DNA of 64,000 bases. Source: Patescibacteria group bacterium (GTDB taxonomy: Bacteria > Patescibacteriota > Patescibacteriia > PEXW01). A program made the position numbers and the translations under genes. The notes under the pieces are model-generated. The model ran no database searches and had not been told where the DNA came from. It was given only the letters and a program-made list of their open reading frames with translations. The stretch spans positions 39,202 to 103,201 of the forward strand of contig JBAYJA010000003.1 of the NCBI GenBank assembly GCA_041665345.1, read 5' to 3'. This document shows positions 34,940 to 44,185 of the stretch, piece by piece (the first letter of the stretch is position 1; each line of letters opens with the position of its first letter).

Positions 34940-37315
34940 ATGATTTTCTACAGTTCCGGACGCCTTCGGAAGCTGATTTTTCGTGGAATGGTAGTTGTTG
35001 TCTTGGCAAGTGCCGTGGTCACCACAACCTTTTTTTCCTACGGACTGCTCTCCGCTTCGCGCCCGCCCGCCCAAATTAATATCAACTACTACTACAACAA
35101 CGTAGGATCTTCAAAGGTCCTGGCGTTAACTTTTGACGATGGCCCGTTTCCTGGCCGCACCGAGGCAATCATGGACGTGCTGGAGAAAGAAAAAGTACCT
35201 GCCACTTTTTTCTTCATTGGCTCGCGTGCGCTGCGGTATCCAGATTTGGTGAAGCAGGTTGCAGAGCGGGGTTTTGAAATTGGGAATCACAGCTTCACGC
35301 ACGCCCCGTCGGTCCACGCTGCGCCCTGGCGGCTGCGGCTGGAGCTCAACCTAGCCGCGACAATGATTGAGTCGGTGACCGGCCAACCCATTCGTTTGTA
35401 TCGCCCACCTTTTCTCCTGGACATTGGCAGCGACCCCACCACGACATTTCCGGGGTCACGCCCAGAACTTGCTTGGGCCGTGCAAGATGGGTACGTGGTC
35501 GTGGGCGCAGATGTTGATCCCAAAGACTGGCTGGCAACGTCATCCAAAGACATTGTGGAGGATTTGGTGAAGCAGCTGGAGAACGGCGGCCACATTATCC
35601 TCCTCCATGATGGGAGCAGCGAGCACCACACCGTGGAAGCTTTGCCTGGGATGATTAAAGAATTACGAAAGCGGGGGTATACCTTCGCCACGGCGTCCGA
35701 CCTGCTGGGCCTGGATGCGGCAAAGAAAATGGTTATCACCCATGACTTGAAACTGGGCGCCGTGGATGCGAAGACGCAGGGCTCGGTGACTGCCTTGCAA
35801 GAATTTTTGATCATGACCGGCTTTCCCATTGTTGACCAGGGCGGCGTCTACGGGCCTTCAACGCAGCGTGCAGTGGCAACGTGGCAAGGCCAACGTAACG
35901 TGGGAGACACAAGTGGCCAAGTGAACCTCCCTACCCGCTTGGCCATTGTGCAGGCACTGGAGGAGACCACCTACCAACCCCTACCCCCCAGTAAGCTGAA
36001 TGACGTTTTTCTCTTCACCCAAGCAACCCGGCTGTACATGTGGATTGCACCGTACTTTGCCACGGGCATTGTGTGGATTGTGAAGAGCGTGCTACTCCTG
36101 GTAGCCATTCGGCTGTTCTTCGCTTTGCTCCTCCGCGGGTACGCCGTGTGGAAAGCGAAGGCCAAGCACGAGCAGTGGAAAGGATTGGTATCGGTTATCA
36201 TTCCGGCGTACAACGAGGAAGAGAATATTGGCGCGACGGTGAAAAGCGTCCTCCGGAATACGTATAGGAATATCCAGGTACTGGTGATCAATGACGGTTC
36301 CAAAGATAACACGGAGAAAATTGTGCAGCAGTTGGTGAAGCAACACCCCAAGCGTTTGCAACTGCTGACCATTGAGAATGGCGGAAAAGCGCAAGCGCTG
36401 AATTATGGTTTTGCGCGGGCGCAGAGTGACGTTGTGGTCACCTTGGATGGTGACACGATTTTTGATCGGGAGACAATTACCAACATGGTGCAGCATTTTC
36501 GTGATCCTAATGTGGGCGCGGTGGCGGGGAAAGTGTGCACCACGCGGTCACGAAATATCCTCAATCTCTTCCAAGCGGCGGAGTACGTCATTTCCCAAAA
36601 CATGGATAAGCAAGGCTTCAATACCATTAATGCCGTGGGAATTGTGCCGGGTCCGGTTGGGGCTTGGCGAAAATCTTTCGTGCTGGCGGCAGGCGGGTAC
36701 AGTGTTGATACGTTGGTGGAAGACCAAGACCTTACCCTGGCGCTGCTGGCTGCCGGCCACCGGGTAGTGTACGAACCCCAGGCCCGGGCGTACAGCGAGA
36801 CGCCGTACCATGTCAAAGACTTTGCCAAGCAGCGGTTCCGCTGGATTTTTGGCACGGTCCAGTGCCTGTGGAAGTACAAGCGCTACACGTTTAGTTTCCG
36901 TCGGCCGGCGTTGGGCTGGGCTGTGCTGCCAAACACTTTTTTCTTTACGGTGGTGCTGCCGTTGCTCATCCCGCTCATGGATATCTTGCTCATCCTGGCG
37001 CTGGTGACCGGCTTTGGTCGTTCCACCTTCTTGCTCTACCTCATTTTTGTGGGCGTGGATTTTACCTATGCCGCGTTGGCCTTCTGGCAAGAGAATAGAC
37101 GGCGTTGGCTACTACTCCTGCTCCCCGTGCAACGCATTTTCTACCGCGTTCTCATTTTCCTGGTGGTGGCGCGCAGCGTGATTAAAGCAATTGAAGGTGC
37201 CGCACCAAATTGGAATAAAGTGCGGAAGCGGGGTGACGTGCACACCTACCACTTGCAGCTTCTGCAGGAAGCAAAGGTGAAAGTGTCAGTCGATAGCATT
37301 CACCACGAGACATAA
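34940..37315 (+). CDS. fused polysaccharide deacetylase (NodB) - peptidoglycan-binding domain - family 2 glycosyltransferase (PNAG/chitin-synthase-like)
   Basis: N-terminal TM, then the NodB motifs ALTFDDGP, FFFIGSRA, GNHSFTH, LLHDGS. PG_binding_1-like GGVYGPSTQRAVATWQ. GT2 motifs VSVIIPAYNEEENI, INDGSKDNT, DGD, QRFRW with multiple C-terminal TMs. Confidence 0.85.
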   Translation: MIFYSSGRLRKLIFRGMVVVVLASAVVTTTFFSYGLLSASRPPAQININYYYNNVGSSKVLALTFDDGPFPGRTEAIMDVLEKEKVPATFFFIGSRALRYPDLVKQVAERGFEIGNHSFTHAPSVHAAPWRLRLELNLAATMIESVTGQPIRLYRPPFLLDIGSDPTTTFPGSRPELAWAVQDGYVVVGADVDPKDWLATSSKDIVEDLVKQLENGGHIILLHDGSSEHHTVEALPGMIKELRKRGYTFATASDLLGLDAAKKMVITHDLKLGAVDAKTQGSVTALQEFLIMTGFPIVDQGGVYGPSTQRAVATWQGQRNVGDTSGQVNLPTRLAIVQALEETTYQPLPPSKLNDVFLFTQATRLYMWIAPYFATGIVWIVKSVLLLVAIRLFFALLLRGYAVWKAKAKHEQWKGLVSVIIPAYNEEENIGATVKSVLRNTYRNIQVLVINDGSKDNTEKIVQQLVKQHPKRLQLLTIENGGKAQALNYGFARAQSDVVVTLDGDTIFDRETITNMVQHFRDPNVGAVAGKVCTTRSRNILNLFQAAEYVISQNMDKQGFNTINAVGIVPGPVGAWRKSFVLAAGGYSVDTLVEDQDLTLALLAAGHRVVYEPQARAYSETPYHVKDFAKQRFRWIFGTVQCLWKYKRYTFSFRRPALGWAVLPNTFFFTVVLPLLIPLMDILLILALVTGFGRSTFLLYLIFVGVDFTYAALAFWQENRRRWLLLLLPVQRIFYRVLIFLVVARSVIKAIEGAAPNWNKVRKRGDVHTYHLQLLQEAKVKVSVDSIHHET

Positions 37316-37316
37316 A

Positions 37317-37353
37317 AAAACCGCCCGCACCTTTCGGTGCTGGTGGTTTTTGC
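37317..37353. terminator. bidirectional terminator between convergent genes
   Basis: aaaaa ccgcccgcacc tttc ggtgctggtgg ttttt imperfect hairpin with an A-run and a T-run. Confidence 0.4.
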
Positions 37354-37372
37354 CGTTGCTACCCTGAAATTA

Positions 37373-38524
37373 TTATTTGATGGTGTAACTGTCTCCGTAG
37401 GTTTTCCAGCTGAGGGGTGTGTTCAAGTCAAGATTGCCGGCGTTCAAGAACACTCGCTGCGCCGTGTCCACTCGGCTGGTGTCATCATGCGCGGCTTCGG
37501 TAAGCATGGCTGCTTTGCGGGCATCCAAAAATGCGTGGAGGTAGGTGGTTTCATTGCCACCCTGCGCGGGGCTCTTCGCTTTCTTCAAGGCCGTCGCGCG
37601 GATACCGCCGAAGCTCACGGAATCATTCCCCGGGCCGTGCATAACCATGGCATCGTAGTAGATGAACTGCCCCAAAGCGCGCAGGCCATCAGCTTTGGCT
37701 TGGTTCACTGCCGGGTTGAAGTACACCACGTCACGTTCGTGGTTCTGCGCTTCTTGGAATTTTGGATCAGCGGCTGCTGTCTTCCAGTCATTCACGTAGG
37801 CCGTACCCAGGCCGCTATGCGAACTGGAGCCATCAACCTGCTGTAAGGCAGGAATGTACTTCTGTAAAATATTGCCGGGCGCAATTTGTGCGTAGTACTG
37901 CACCATTTGTAACATGTCATGCGTGCCAGAGGTGAAGCCAATGATGCCACCGGTGTAGCCCCGGCTATCGCCAATATCTTCAATGTAGCCGTACTGCGCC
38001 TTCCAGTTCAGCGTCGAGTTCTCTGCGCTGGAAACCAGCTGCATGGTGATCTCTTTTTTGGCTGCGTCAAACAAGTCTGCAGTGGAAGTGGGTGCCGGCG
38101 CGCTATTCGTATTGACAGCGGTGTTCGTGTTCGCCGATGTATTCGTTGGCTTCGTCACGTTCGTATTTTTCTTCACCGGGGTTTTCTTCTTCACCGGCAC
38201 GGCCTTCTTCGTCGCCTGCTTCGCCGTCGTTGGTTGTGCGGCCGCGGTATTGGTTTGTACGTCCGCTGTAGCATTCACATTCATCATTTCGGGAACCACA
38301 AGCACGGCGGAATTGACCATTTCGCCTTCTACCATCCCGTCGACGTATGGTATCTCATACGCATTTACCAAAACCTCCTCATTCGTGGACACGGCCACGG
38401 TTGGGGCTTCTTCTTGCTGGGCCGCAATGGCGACCCCGATGGTGACTGCGAGCACGACTATGCTAAAGAGGAGCACCACTGAGAATGCGTGTCTTTTTGT
38501 CATAGAATACACAGTATAGCGCAT
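37373..38524 (-). CDS. secreted GH46-family chitosanase-like protein with Lys/Thr/Asn-rich linker
   Basis: NSTLNWKAQYGYIEDIGDSRGYTGGIIGFTSGTHDML closely matches the GH46 chitosanase catalytic-region signature. Signal peptide MRYTVYSMTKRHAFSVVLLFSIVVLAVTIGVAIAA. AGGAGGA SD before ATG 38524. Confidence 0.65.
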   Translation of the reverse strand: MRYTVYSMTKRHAFSVVLLFSIVVLAVTIGVAIAAQQEEAPTVAVSTNEEVLVNAYEIPYVDGMVEGEMVNSAVLVVPEMMNVNATADVQTNTAAAQPTTAKQATKKAVPVKKKTPVKKNTNVTKPTNTSANTNTAVNTNSAPAPTSTADLFDAAKKEITMQLVSSAENSTLNWKAQYGYIEDIGDSRGYTGGIIGFTSGTHDMLQMVQYYAQIAPGNILQKYIPALQQVDGSSSHSGLGTAYVNDWKTAAADPKFQEAQNHERDVVYFNPAVNQAKADGLRALGQFIYYDAMVMHGPGNDSVSFGGIRATALKKAKSPAQGGNETTYLHAFLDARKAAMLTEAAHDDTSRVDTAQRVFLNAGNLDLNTPLSWKTYGDSYTIK

Positions 38525-38819
38525 TTTTGTCCTCCTGTCCAGATTAGCCCAACTTGCGTTGAGCTTTTCCGTTTGCAAAGTGCGTCCTTTCCCGTTACGA
38601 AGTGCGGCAAAAGTCGGCCATGGAAAGTGTGAAAAATGTCACTTTTTAACATATTTAACTCATACTGTCAAGGGATAAGTTTTAAATTGACAGCGGTTCA
38701 CAAAAATGATAAAAAGCATTACTAGCCGAAATACAGAAGCAGGCACCAACACTAAAATTCAGCCAAAAATCCCCCCTTACATTTTCGTGGGCACTTCTCT
38801 TTGGTAACGTTACAAGCCT

Positions 38820-41285
38820 ATGCAACGCATCTACAGTCGGGTATCTCTCTTTCGGAATCGCCGCGCTATTCAGCGCCGCGCCTTTTTGCAGAATCTGAAA
38901 AAAGGTCTCCATGTGTTGGTCATCACTGTGACCATCTCCAACCTGGGCATGCTCAGCTCCGTTATTCGTCCCCTGACAGCCAGCGCTGCCACACTTGACG
39001 GCACCATTAGCGTCCAGAAGCAGTTTGACACAAATGGTGATGGCGTGGTTGATATCAACGGCACTACCGCGGATCCAATTTTGAGCGGCTGGGATTTTAC
39101 GGTGGAGGACGCCCTTGCGGCAACGCAAACCCAAACCACCACCGACACCGGTTTCCTGACCTTCGATGTGTACAACGGAACCTACTCGCTGCAGGAGTCT
39201 GGCTACTCCACTGGTTTCCACTTCGCAGATGCACGCTGCACCAATGCGGCCGGCGCACCAGTGGGAACGGTTGATCCAGCGGCGTTCGCGGTAACCGGAA
39301 TTCCGGTGAACACAGATGCAATTAGCTGCATTTTTATTAATACAATAGATACGGCCTCCATTAACGGCCAAAAGTGGAATGACCTGAATGGGAATGGCCA
39401 GTGGGATGAAGTTGCTCCAGCGCAAATTGGCGGCTGGCAGGTTTTCTTAGATACCAACAGCAATGGCGTCCTCGATGCTGGTGAGCAGACTGCCTCCACG
39501 ACGAATGTGCATGGTCCAAACGAGTACAACGCTATAGATGATTATGGATGGTATCATTTTGAAGATCTGCCCTACGGCACGTACCGTGTGTGCGAAACTA
39601 CAGTTGCAGGTTGGAACCAAACTTTCCCCGGTACTGCGAACGGCTGCCACACAGTCTCTATTCTCGACCCGCAGCAAGGCGACACCTGCTCTCCAGCTGC
39701 ACCCGAAGACCCGTACAACCTGGTTTGCGACTTTGGCAACCAAGAGCAGGCTCGCATAACCGTGCTGAAGAATGTGGACATGAATGGCGACGGCGACGTA
39801 CTGGATGCTGAAGATGTTGTGGGTGCCACAAACTGGACGTGGGATCTGAACAACGGCAACCAAAATTTTGCTACGGGTGGCACGCAGTACGCGACACCTG
39901 GTACGACCGTGACGGTGAAGGAAGACCAGAAGTCTGGTTTCCACTTCACCAGCGTCAGTTGTGTGGATGGCCGGGGTACAGTGCAAGTTGCGCAGAACGA
40001 GGAAGTGAGCTTTGCCGTGGCAACTGGCGTCACGTACACCTGCACGTATACGAATACGAAGAATCTTTCCACAACTATCGACAAGCAAGGTCCCGCCACG
40101 GCCGCTGCAGGTGCCAATGCGACCTACACCATCAACTGGACGGTTACGGGCGCACCTGCGGCAACCAATGTGACCATTACCGATCCCCTGCCAGCCAACA
40201 CCAGCTTTGTCTCTGCAGACAACAGCGGCGCGCTGAGTGGCAGCACGGTTACCTGGAACCTGGGCACGCAAGCGCCTGGTACCAGCGGCACGGTGTCCGT
40301 CACGGTGAAAGTGAACAGCCCCCTGGCCAATGGCACAGTACTGACGAACGTTGCGACCTTGGATACAGATCAAACTGAACCAGTGTCAGACACTGTCACG
40401 ACCACGGTTACTTCCGCACCAAGCTTGTCTATTACCAAAACGCACTCCGCTGCCAGTTTTGTGAATCCTGGTGCAGCGGTCACGTATACCGTTGTGGTTA
40501 CGAACGCAGCGAGCGCGACGGATAGCGCCAATGCAGTTGTGCTGACGGACGTCTTGCCCAGTGGTTTCACCTACACCACGGGTGGTACCACCAAGACCTT
40601 TGCCCTGGGGAACATTGCGCCTGGTGCGTCTGTGACCACGACCTACACAGTGACGGTAAGCGCCAGCCAGAAGGCGGGCAGCTTTACCAACACGGCGACG
40701 GCCAAAGGCAGTAACACCAGCACGGTGACCGCAACCTCTGCCGTTGAAGTCCGCGTGCCAGCAGTCTTGGGTGAGCAAACCCCATCGATTACCCCAACTC
40801 TCAAACCAACATTGACGCTGACCAAAACCGTGAGTGCGACCATGGCAAATCCTGGACAGGTGGTGACGTACACCATGGTGGTGAAGAACACGGGCACGCT
40901 CAAGGTTGCCAACGTGGTTATTACAGACACGCTCCCAACTGGCTTTACGTTCTTGGATGGTGGGAAAATCACCAAGACTTGGACCTTCGCCAGCATCGCT
41001 GCGGGAGCTAGCCAAACCGTAACCGCGTTGGTGAAAATTGGTTCGGGCGTGAAAGCTGGTACATACCCCAACACCGCGAAGGTGTCTGCCACAGCTGTAG
41101 ATCCTATTACTGCCACGGCAACCCTGCGCATCGCAGTGCCGCAAGTGAAGGGCGAACTGGCAGCGACAGGTGCCTCAGCATCTGACTACGGCATCTTTGG
41201 CCTGGGCATGCTCTTGCTCAGCTTTGGCTTTGTCGCCCTCCACGACTCCCGACGCAAAAACCCGGAAGTTGAGGAAGTCAAGTAA
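38820..41285 (+). CDS. cell-surface repeat protein (SdrD B-like / Cna-B folds and DUF11 repeats) with C-terminal LAATG sorting signal
   Basis: N-terminal QRRAFLQNLKKG plus a hydrophobic stretch. SdrD-B-like GNGQWDE...GWYHFEDLPYGTYRVCE. Multiple DUF11-type repeats (TYT.TV.N.G...A.NVV.TD.LP.G). C-terminal LAATG, then a hydrophobic segment and RRKNPE tail. Confidence 0.8.
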   Translation: MQRIYSRVSLFRNRRAIQRRAFLQNLKKGLHVLVITVTISNLGMLSSVIRPLTASAATLDGTISVQKQFDTNGDGVVDINGTTADPILSGWDFTVEDALAATQTQTTTDTGFLTFDVYNGTYSLQESGYSTGFHFADARCTNAAGAPVGTVDPAAFAVTGIPVNTDAISCIFINTIDTASINGQKWNDLNGNGQWDEVAPAQIGGWQVFLDTNSNGVLDAGEQTASTTNVHGPNEYNAIDDYGWYHFEDLPYGTYRVCETTVAGWNQTFPGTANGCHTVSILDPQQGDTCSPAAPEDPYNLVCDFGNQEQARITVLKNVDMNGDGDVLDAEDVVGATNWTWDLNNGNQNFATGGTQYATPGTTVTVKEDQKSGFHFTSVSCVDGRGTVQVAQNEEVSFAVATGVTYTCTYTNTKNLSTTIDKQGPATAAAGANATYTINWTVTGAPAATNVTITDPLPANTSFVSADNSGALSGSTVTWNLGTQAPGTSGTVSVTVKVNSPLANGTVLTNVATLDTDQTEPVSDTVTTTVTSAPSLSITKTHSAASFVNPGAAVTYTVVVTNAASATDSANAVVLTDVLPSGFTYTTGGTTKTFALGNIAPGASVTTTYTVTVSASQKAGSFTNTATAKGSNTSTVTATSAVEVRVPAVLGEQTPSITPTLKPTLTLTKTVSATMANPGQVVTYTMVVKNTGTLKVANVVITDTLPTGFTFLDGGKITKTWTFASIAAGASQTVTALVKIGSGVKAGTYPNTAKVSATAVDPITATATLRIAVPQVKGELAATGASASDYGIFGLGMLLLSFGFVALHDSRRKNPEVEEVK

Positions 41286-41326
41286 TTCTTTCCCTTTTCC
41301 ATCTCAGTTCGCCTAACCGTTACCGT

Positions 41327-43024
41327 ATGAAGAAAGTCCTCGCTGTGCTCTCCGTGCTCGCACTTACCATTGCCGTGCTCCCACTGCGCCCATCGGCAGC
41401 GGTGGCTGCGGGTGTGAACCTCGTACTCAACCCATCCTTTGAGACGGGAACCACCAGCCCAACCTCGTGGTCCAAGGTGAATGGCTCCTCACGGAATCGG
41501 GCGACCTTTACTTACCCCGCTACCCCAGCCTTTGACGGGGCGAAGGCAGCGCGGATTACCGTGACCACGTATAAATCCGGTGATATTGGCTGGGCGTCTG
41601 CCAACTTTCCTGTGACCGCAGGGCTGCAGTATGATCTGTCCGTTTCCTCCAAGTCCGGCGTTTCCAGCACAGTCTTGGCAGTCTACAAACGCGCCGGCGG
41701 TGTTTCATCCACGGTCTCCCTGGGAACCGTGTCCGGAACAAATGCCTGGAAGACATTCACCAAAGTCGTCACCATCCCCGCGGGTGTGACCTCCATGTCC
41801 TTGCGCCAAGTGCTTCGGCGCACAGGTACTTTGGATGTAGATGCGTACTCCTTCAGCCTGCACGTCACAACCCCAACAACCCCAAACTTGATTGCGAACG
41901 GCGATTTGGAAAGCCTAACGCCTGGCACGCCTTCTCAGCCGCTATCGTGGACGACGGGATACTGGGGTACGCTCACGCCAGTCTTCACGTATCCCGTGGC
42001 AGGGAAGACCGGCAACGGCGCAAAAGTGCAGGTGACCAGCTACACCTCCGGTGATGCCAAGTGGGTGTTCAACCCCGTGGCCACCTCCGGTGGGAAGACG
42101 TACACGATCGCCTTTGACTACGCTGCAAACGTGGCGACGAACGTGTCCATTGAGTTTCACATGACTGATGGTTCGTACACTTACGCCTGGTTGGGTGACC
42201 CTGCAGCCAGCGCTGCCTGGACGACCTTCAACAGCCAGTTCACCTCCCCGGCTGGTTCGGACTCCTTCACCGTTTTCCAATCCCTGGTGAGCGTGGGGAC
42301 GTTGACTATTGATAACTACGTTGCCATGGATATCACCTCTGGTGCGCTGAACTTTGCCAACGGGATGATCACCCTGGACTTCGACGACACAATTTTGGAT
42401 CACTACACGGTGGCTCGGCCAATTCTTAATGCCGCTGGTATCAAGGCTAGCTTCTTCGCTATTACAGATCCAAGTGTTGGCATTGGTTCAGATGGGTACA
42501 TGACCTGGACCCAGGTGCAGCAGCTCCAAGCTGACGGTCACGAAATTGGCGCACACACCCGTACGCATGCTGATCTGGCCTCGCTGACTTTGGCACAGGC
42601 GCAGGCAGAAATTGTCGGTTCCAAAGCAGACCTGGCAGCGCGCGGCATTACAGCAACGAGCTTTGTGTACCCTTATGGCGTGCACAATGCCGCCATTCGG
42701 CAGATGGTGCAAGACGCAGGCTTCACCAGCGCCCGGAGCGTGAGCGATGGGTACAACTTCCCGGGCTCCAACAAGTTTGCCTTGCTGGACAAGCACGTTG
42801 AGTCCACCACCACGCTGGCGGATGTGCAGGGCTGGATTAACCAAGCCAAAGCCAACAAGACCTGGCTGATGCTGGAATTGCACGAGCAGACCAACACCCC
42901 CGGGCCAGACACGGGTGTGTACTACAACACCCCAGCAATGCTGCAGAATATCGTCAACGCGATTACTGCCAGCGGGATTCAGGTAGTGACCCAAGCGCAA
43001 GGTCGAGCCTTGATGAATCCGTAA
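41327..43024 (+). CDS. secreted polysaccharide deacetylase with two N-terminal CBM4/9-like carbohydrate-binding modules
   Basis: Signal peptide MKKVLAVLSVLALTIAVLPLRPSAAVAAG. Two NPSFE.G...W CBM-like repeats. NodB motifs ITLDFDD, HEIGAHTRTH, then YGV and ELHEQ. Confidence 0.85.
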   Translation: MKKVLAVLSVLALTIAVLPLRPSAAVAAGVNLVLNPSFETGTTSPTSWSKVNGSSRNRATFTYPATPAFDGAKAARITVTTYKSGDIGWASANFPVTAGLQYDLSVSSKSGVSSTVLAVYKRAGGVSSTVSLGTVSGTNAWKTFTKVVTIPAGVTSMSLRQVLRRTGTLDVDAYSFSLHVTTPTTPNLIANGDLESLTPGTPSQPLSWTTGYWGTLTPVFTYPVAGKTGNGAKVQVTSYTSGDAKWVFNPVATSGGKTYTIAFDYAANVATNVSIEFHMTDGSYTYAWLGDPAASAAWTTFNSQFTSPAGSDSFTVFQSLVSVGTLTIDNYVAMDITSGALNFANGMITLDFDDTILDHYTVARPILNAAGIKASFFAITDPSVGIGSDGYMTWTQVQQLQADGHEIGAHTRTHADLASLTLAQAQAEIVGSKADLAARGITATSFVYPYGVHNAAIRQMVQDAGFTSARSVSDGYNFPGSNKFALLDKHVESTTTLADVQGWINQAKANKTWLMLELHEQTNTPGPDTGVYYNTPAMLQNIVNAITASGIQVVTQAQGRALMNP

Positions 43025-43047
43025 TTGTTGCAACAATTTTCCCACGA

Positions 43048-43072
43048 ACCCGGCCACATGGTCGGGTTTTTG
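43048..43072 (+). terminator. rho-independent terminator after the deacetylase gene
   Basis: cccggcc acat ggtcggg hairpin followed by ttttt. Confidence 0.55.
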
Positions 43073-43200
43073 GTACATTACGAATTACGAAATAAAGATA
43101 CGAAAATACGTCCGGCGAAGCCGGATCCGGCTCCGCCGGAAATTATGAAAAGAAAGGAGTTACGCCCCGCGGTGTGAGGTCCCGCAGCTCGACCAGGGAT

Positions 43201-43262
43201 TATTGAACGGGAGGTAGAGGTGTGGAGGCTCGTTAGGTTGGAGGGTGGAGGTTTGGGATGGG
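43201..43262 (+). repeat. G-rich intergenic repeat (family GAGGTGTGGA.GCT.GTTAGG.TGGAGG), copy A
   Basis: ggaggtagaggtgtggaggctcgttaggttggagggtggaggtttgggatggggagggagg. Related copies occur at 47027-47054 (+) and 47100-47134 (-), with weaker ones at 53893-53925 and 21290-21340. Confidence 0.55.
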
Positions 43263-43446
43263 GAGGGAGGGGTCTGTGAAAATTTGGCTTGATTTGAAGC
43301 AATCTAGATTTTTGTAGTACAGACTTTGGGCCAGTAAGGGTTACCCCTCCTAACCCCGGGGTGCTTCCGATGGGTCGCACCCGCCTGCTGGCCCCCTTGG
43401 AAAGGGGAGGACAGATACAAACAGACTTGGTCTGTAATGAACCGCA

Positions 43447-43504
43447 AACTCCTCCCCTCCTTTTGAAGGAGGGGGGAGGGGGAGGTAACCCTGATGGGGA
43501 AGAC
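43447..43504 (+). repeat. approx. 60-nt GC-rich hairpin repeat, copy 1 (inverted copy at 53834-53890)
   Basis: aactcctcccctcc ttttgaa ggaggggggagggggaggtaaccctgatgggga is about 92% identical to the reverse complement of 53834-53890. Stem ctcccctcc/ggagggg with loop ttttgaa. Confidence 0.6.
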
Positions 43505-43701
43505 TAAGGTGCAAAGAACCAGGAGCGCAAGAAGAACACGTTTGGCATACCCTTCCCTATCTTATTCGGGCTGAAGGTTTTCCTCTTGACGACTACACCC
43601 TACCGGCGTAAGGTGTTCTGAAACCCACACCCTGGCAGTGCCAGGGGTATAACATAAACAACTGCAGCGAGCAGTGCTCGAAAGGCAGTACGGAGGTAAC
43701 A

Positions 43702-44085
43702 GTGTTTAACAAATTTATCATCCTAAAACTCATTGGGGTTACTGCGGCACAATTGCATGGCCTGCATGATTATGCAAGTAGTGATGCCTCACGGTTATTT
43801 TCAAGTTTAAAGAATGAAATTCCCTTAAAGTGCGTATCTATTCTTTCGGCGAAGCTTGATGAGACCCATGGGACGTATACCATTGAGGTGCAGGTAATGA
43901 CTGTATTTCAGTATAGCGAGTACAATGATGCGGAGGGAATACGACACAGATGCCCATCGATGATCAAGGGGCAGACAAGAATTTTGGGTTCTTATTACAT
44001 TCAAGTCCCTTCCAGCATTCTTAACCACGTCTTGAACATTCTTGGTTTACTGGAAAACGAGTTGCAGGTAACCGAGACATATTAA
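43702..44085 (+). CDS. hypothetical protein (low GC)
   Basis: GTG start with GGAGGT 8 nt upstream. 127 aa, followed by a terminator. No recognisable domain. Confidence 0.45.
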   Translation: MFNKFIILKLIGVTAAQLHGLHDYASSDASRLFSSLKNEIPLKCVSILSAKLDETHGTYTIEVQVMTVFQYSEYNDAEGIRHRCPSMIKGQTRILGSYYIQVPSSILNHVLNILGLLENELQVTETY

Positions 44086-44106
44086 ACTGAATTATGTTCT
44101 TTCAGC

Positions 44107-44135
44107 CCGCAGTATACGTACTGCGGACTTTTTTA
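44107..44135 (+). terminator. rho-independent terminator
   Basis: ccgcagta tacg tactgcgg perfect 8-bp stem followed by a cttttttatt run. Confidence 0.65.
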
Positions 44136-44147
44136 TTCCAGGGGTTG

Positions 44148-44176
44148 TTGCGTATCCGGTCAAAAGTTGGTATAGT
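44148..44176 (+). promoter_or_regulatory. sigma70-like promoter TTGCGT-N17-TATAGT driving hsp20 (predicted leaderless or very short leader)
   Basis: ttgcgt at 44148-44153 and tatagt at 44171-44176. ATG at 44186 is only about 3 nt after the predicted TSS, and there is no SD site. Confidence 0.45.
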
Positions 44177-44185
44177 ACATGCACC

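Noticed and set aside
39447-41144. Long minus-strand ORFs (308, 252, 181, 162 aa) antisense to the DUF11/SdrD-B surface protein gene
   Set aside because: Stop-poor frames of a repetitive, GC-rich gene. The Cys/Arg/Gly-rich translations have no signals.
43078-43380. 100-aa minus-strand ORF in the 43.1-43.7 kb intergenic region
   Set aside because: Pro/Gly/Ser-rich translation of G-rich repeat DNA with no SD site. The region is better explained as repeat or structured non-coding sequence.
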